Source of the DNA: a bacterium
GTDB lineage: Bacteria; Patescibacteriota; Patescibacteriia; UBA9934
DNA: 59,038 nucleotides
Direction: 5' to 3'
Assembly: GCA_027592325.1 (NCBI GenBank)
Contig: JAQCKO010000006.1
Location: 1 to 59,038, forward strand
In this document: positions 56,308-59,038 of the stretch, in pieces
Layout: every line of letters begins with the position of its first letter
Position numbering within the stretch: the stretch's first letter is position 1
Translations under genes and position numbers: made by a program
Notes under the pieces: model-generated
The model's input: the letters and a program-made list of their open reading frames with translations, nothing else
The model's database searches: none
What the model was told of the DNA's origin: nothing

Positions 56308-56464
56308 GCTCAAATTGCCGTAGATGCTGATGCACGCTCGTAGAATGTCGCAGCTTGCCTTAGATAGTGGTGAAGATCGAGGAGCGAAGCGAGGTGTACT
56401 TCCTGATACATTGAGCAAGCACCGCAGATCTGAGCCGCCAGATGGGATGAGCTGCAACATTCTA
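56308..56464. repeat. MITE-like family: left-end fragment (56308-56327) plus full copy (56341-56464)
   Basis: 15-bp termini TAGAATGTCGCAGCT / AGCTGCAACATTCTA (1 mismatch); interior aligns to 848-947. Confidence 0.65.
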
Positions 56465-57478
56465 GACAGCGCGTTCTTCGCCGTATTGCTGTCTATACCA
56501 CCGACGGTACCCTGAACTTTGTTTAATCGGCCGCCACCAGTGTTCATTCTTTCGGTACCAGTCAACCATATCTTGAAGCCCCGATTCGAAGGTGTATTTA
56601 TGCTGCCATGAAAGCTCATGTTTCATCTTCGTAAAGTCAATTGCATAACGACGATCTTGCCCTGGGCGGTCAGGAATGAATTCAAGCATATGGTCGCCAT
56701 GCCCCATCACTTTAATAAGTGATTTTGCCGTCTGTTCAATAGAAAATTCGGCATCGCCTCCCATCATATAGGTGTGACCAATTTGCCCACGTTCCAAAAT
56801 ATGCAGAATCCCGTTCCCATGATCTTCCACATGAATCCAGTCTCGCACTTGGCGGCCATCTCCGTGCACATGAATAGGGCGACCATCAAGCAAATTCGTA
56901 ATCGAAATAGAGAGAAACTTTTCTGGGTATAAAAATGGACCGTAATTATTTGTACAGTTTGAAATGGTCGCCTGCAATTCATGCGTATGAATAGCAGCGC
57001 GGATTAAATGGTCTGATGCTGCCTTTGTTGCAGAATACGGATTACGCGGTGCATACGGGGTATGTTCGGTAAATTTTGGTTCTTCAGGAGCGAGCGAACC
57101 GAACACTTCATCGGTACTGACATGATGAAACCGCTTTTTAAACTTTGTACAGGCATCAATGAGCCGCTGCACCCCAAGAACATTCGTGAGAATAAACGGC
57201 TCATTATCAACAATAGAACGATCAACATGTGTTTCCGCAGCAAAATTCACCACAACATCGGCATTTTCGACGAGCTTATCGACAAGATTCTTATCGGTAA
57301 TCGATCCATAAACAAATCGATATTTTGGATGCGTTTGAATATCAAGGGTATTCGTCAAATTCCCGGCATAAGTAAGAGCATCAATATTGGTGACTTCCCA
57401 ATCCGGTCGCTCCCGAAGAATAATGCGAATAAAATGTGAGCCAATGAACCCACACCCTCCAGTAACAAGCATTTTCAT
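56462..57478 (-). CDS. rfbB: dTDP-glucose 4,6-dehydratase
   Basis: GGCGFIG, FAAETHVDRS, STDEV, YSATK. Confidence 0.96.
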   Translation of the reverse strand: MKMLVTGGCGFIGSHFIRIILRERPDWEVTNIDALTYAGNLTNTLDIQTHPKYRFVYGSITDKNLVDKLVENADVVVNFAAETHVDRSIVDNEPFILTNVLGVQRLIDACTKFKKRFHHVSTDEVFGSLAPEEPKFTEHTPYAPRNPYSATKAASDHLIRAAIHTHELQATISNCTNNYGPFLYPEKFLSISITNLLDGRPIHVHGDGRQVRDWIHVEDHGNGILHILERGQIGHTYMMGGDAEFSIEQTAKSLIKVMGHGDHMLEFIPDRPGQDRRYAIDFTKMKHELSWQHKYTFESGLQDMVDWYRKNEHWWRPIKQSSGYRRWYRQQYGEERAV

Positions 57479-57519
57479 AAAAAAATTCTCTAAAACAGTA
57501 TCAATTTGACCTTATCACG

Positions 57520-57942
57520 TCAGTTATTTTTGGCAAGTAACATCTCTTTACGAATAAGATCGGCGATTTCTTTCATCTCTTCCGGGGGGATGCCCTGTTT
57601 TTCGAAGGTACGAGCCTCTCCTTCGTAGCGCGGCATGAGGTGAATATGCGTATGGAAGACTTCTTGTCCAGCAATGGCTCCATGATTCATCCCAAGATTG
57701 TAGCCGGTTGCGCCAAGTGCTTTCATGATGCGCGGGGCGACATGGTAAATCGTTTTCATGAGCTCGATTGCATCTTCTTCAGACCCTGATTGCAAATCAC
57801 GTGCATAGTGTTTTGGTACCACAAGAACATGCCCACGACTAACCGGATTGATATTCATAAAGACAATTGTGGCGTTGTTTTCGTAGACAATTTCAGCTGG
57901 GATTTCGCGGCGGATGATTTTTTCGAATAAGTCGTCGTGCAT
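57520..57942 (-). CDS. HIT family hydrolase
   Basis: GHVLVVPKH, HTHIHLMPR. Confidence 0.93.
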   Translation of the reverse strand: MHDDLFEKIIRREIPAEIVYENNATIVFMNINPVSRGHVLVVPKHYARDLQSGSEEDAIELMKTIYHVAPRIMKALGATGYNLGMNHGAIAGQEVFHTHIHLMPRYEGEARTFEKQGIPPEEMKEIADLIRKEMLLAKNN

Positions 57943-58250
57943 AGAGTACGAGTTAGAGTTTTCAGGTTGCAGGGACCGGCTAAGGTTTATGGGTTAGCAA
58001 CTAGTGGTCAGATAGGATAGATCCCTCACATTCGCTCGGGAATTTCTCGACGAACGCTGAGAGGAGAGATCTATTTTTTCTACATTCTACGGTCTACTTG
58101 CTACTAATAGTATGAGACCAAATATTGTCAGTGGAATCAAGAATATATGCGGACTTATGATCAAGCTCACAAATCCTGGACGAATGATATCAAGCACAAA
58201 AAAGAGTATCCACGAGGTAAAACTTACTTTATACGCCTCATTTATCCAAA

Positions 58251-59036
58251 TCATATGCCAGGAAGATACGCGACAAGTTCACGAAAAAATTCAAAGAACT
58301 TCAGCCTTGGTTTTTGGAAGATGACATCTATTTCGCCAAGTTCTATGCCTTCATCAATACTTGGCAGAGACAAAAGCAACTTATAGCTATCAGACGCATC
58401 AAGATAAGCTCCTGCAAGCGAGATAACACTTCTCGCCTTTCTGAGGCCATCTTCAACAACTACGGGTGATTCGTAGCTGGTGAGAAGATAATCGATACCC
58501 CCTTCTTCGAATAGTGCATCTGATGTCAGTGCTCTCGGATGCGGGTCGAAGAAGGCATCTTCTGAAAACGCGTACTTCCCTTTCCCGGCCAACGTAATCG
58601 AACCTGATGGAATATCGATGGTCTCAATCGTCATCGGATTGAGGTCAAGATTGTAGTGTTCATCAATTGACGCAATTGTAATCTCATCATCGTTTGAGGT
58701 GATGGTTTGAAGACCTTCATTGGTAATTGTTTCGAAGATAAGCTCATCAGCATTTGTCTGAAGTTCCACTTCATCCGTCGACACGATTTGCAGCCGATCA
58801 ATAAAGCTCATATATCGTAAATTTGTTTCCATCGAGGTGAAGACGATGTCCGATGTCGTGCTAAGTTGAATGGTATACACGCCTTCTGGGAGATCAGCTA
58901 TACGATATTCGAGCATGCCGATGGATTCCTCGGTATCTTCATATGCCTCACGTGCAACGATTTCATTTGCTGCATTACGAATCGCAATAACGATTTCATC
59001 TTCGCCTGGTACTTCATCTAGATCCTGATATGTGAG
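58251..59036 (-). CDS. Hypothetical protein, C-terminal part (frame open to window end)
   Basis: The ORF-track frame stays open upstream of 58916 to the edge; C-terminal basic/aromatic tail. Confidence 0.75.
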   Translation of the reverse strand, partial: LTYQDLDEVPGEDEIVIAIRNAANEIVAREAYEDTEESIGMLEYRIADLPEGVYTIQLSTTSDIVFTSMETNLRYMSFIDRLQIVSTDEVELQTNADELIFETITNEGLQTITSNDDEITIASIDEHYNLDLNPMTIETIDIPSGSITLAGKGKYAFSEDAFFDPHPRALTSDALFEEGGIDYLLTSYESPVVVEDGLRKARSVISLAGAYLDASDSYKLLLSLPSIDEGIELGEIDVIFQKPRLKFFEFFRELVAYLPGI

Positions 59037-59038
59037 TG

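Noticed and set aside
56272-56619. ORFs between rfbB and rfbC
   Set aside because: They overlap the rfbB end and MITE sequence; no protein-like motif.
54733-57478. rfbBCD without rfbA
   Set aside because: rfbA may simply lie elsewhere in the genome; split rml clusters are common.
58112-58386. + strand ORFs after the reverse heptamer tract
   Set aside because: Two overlapping frames, neither with an SD or recognisable motif, and both overlap the 3' end of the minus-strand gene; unresolved.

Overview
A 59-kb stretch of a bacterial chromosome using genetic code 11. The gene content (alpha2-type GlyRS, TrmB-like regulator, DUF4012-like and TM0106-like proteins, many GT2/GT4, MreB, scattered dcw genes) suggests Patescibacteria/CPR; that taxonomy is inference. 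Nearly all core genes lie on the minus strand: xseA (partial), queA, a cyclophilin, a degenerate MetK, tpiA, glyQS, frr, holB, mreB, ftsEX, murE, murD, murG, ftsW, mraY, rpmA, pyrG, rplI and rfbBCD, plus tRNA-Thr(CGU) and tRNA-Lys(UUU). The standout feature is a 9.2-kb integron-like cassette array (35511-44717) just downstream of tRNA-Lys. It has about 16 attC-like hairpins, 4 mini-sites, 11 ORF cassettes, repeated 12-35 nt empty cassettes and a candidate attI/Pc end, and I recognised no integrase in the window. Two features look non-canonical. First, each cassette's two ends are complementary well beyond the usual 7 bp (typically 20-27 bp) and carry a conserved TG/TT mismatch next to the R-box stem. 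Second, three antisense promoter-ORF-terminator minigenes sit inside inverted-repeat arms, one within the loop of a ~790-nt attC-like site. Elsewhere there are more GC-rich minigenes with strong Shine-Dalgarno sites, three candidate structured RNAs (one a terminator-containing leader of queA), a palindromic MITE-like family, nested REP-like elements, and 7-nt-periodic tracts abutting start codons. All calls come from reading the sequence by eye; no searches or folding programs were run.
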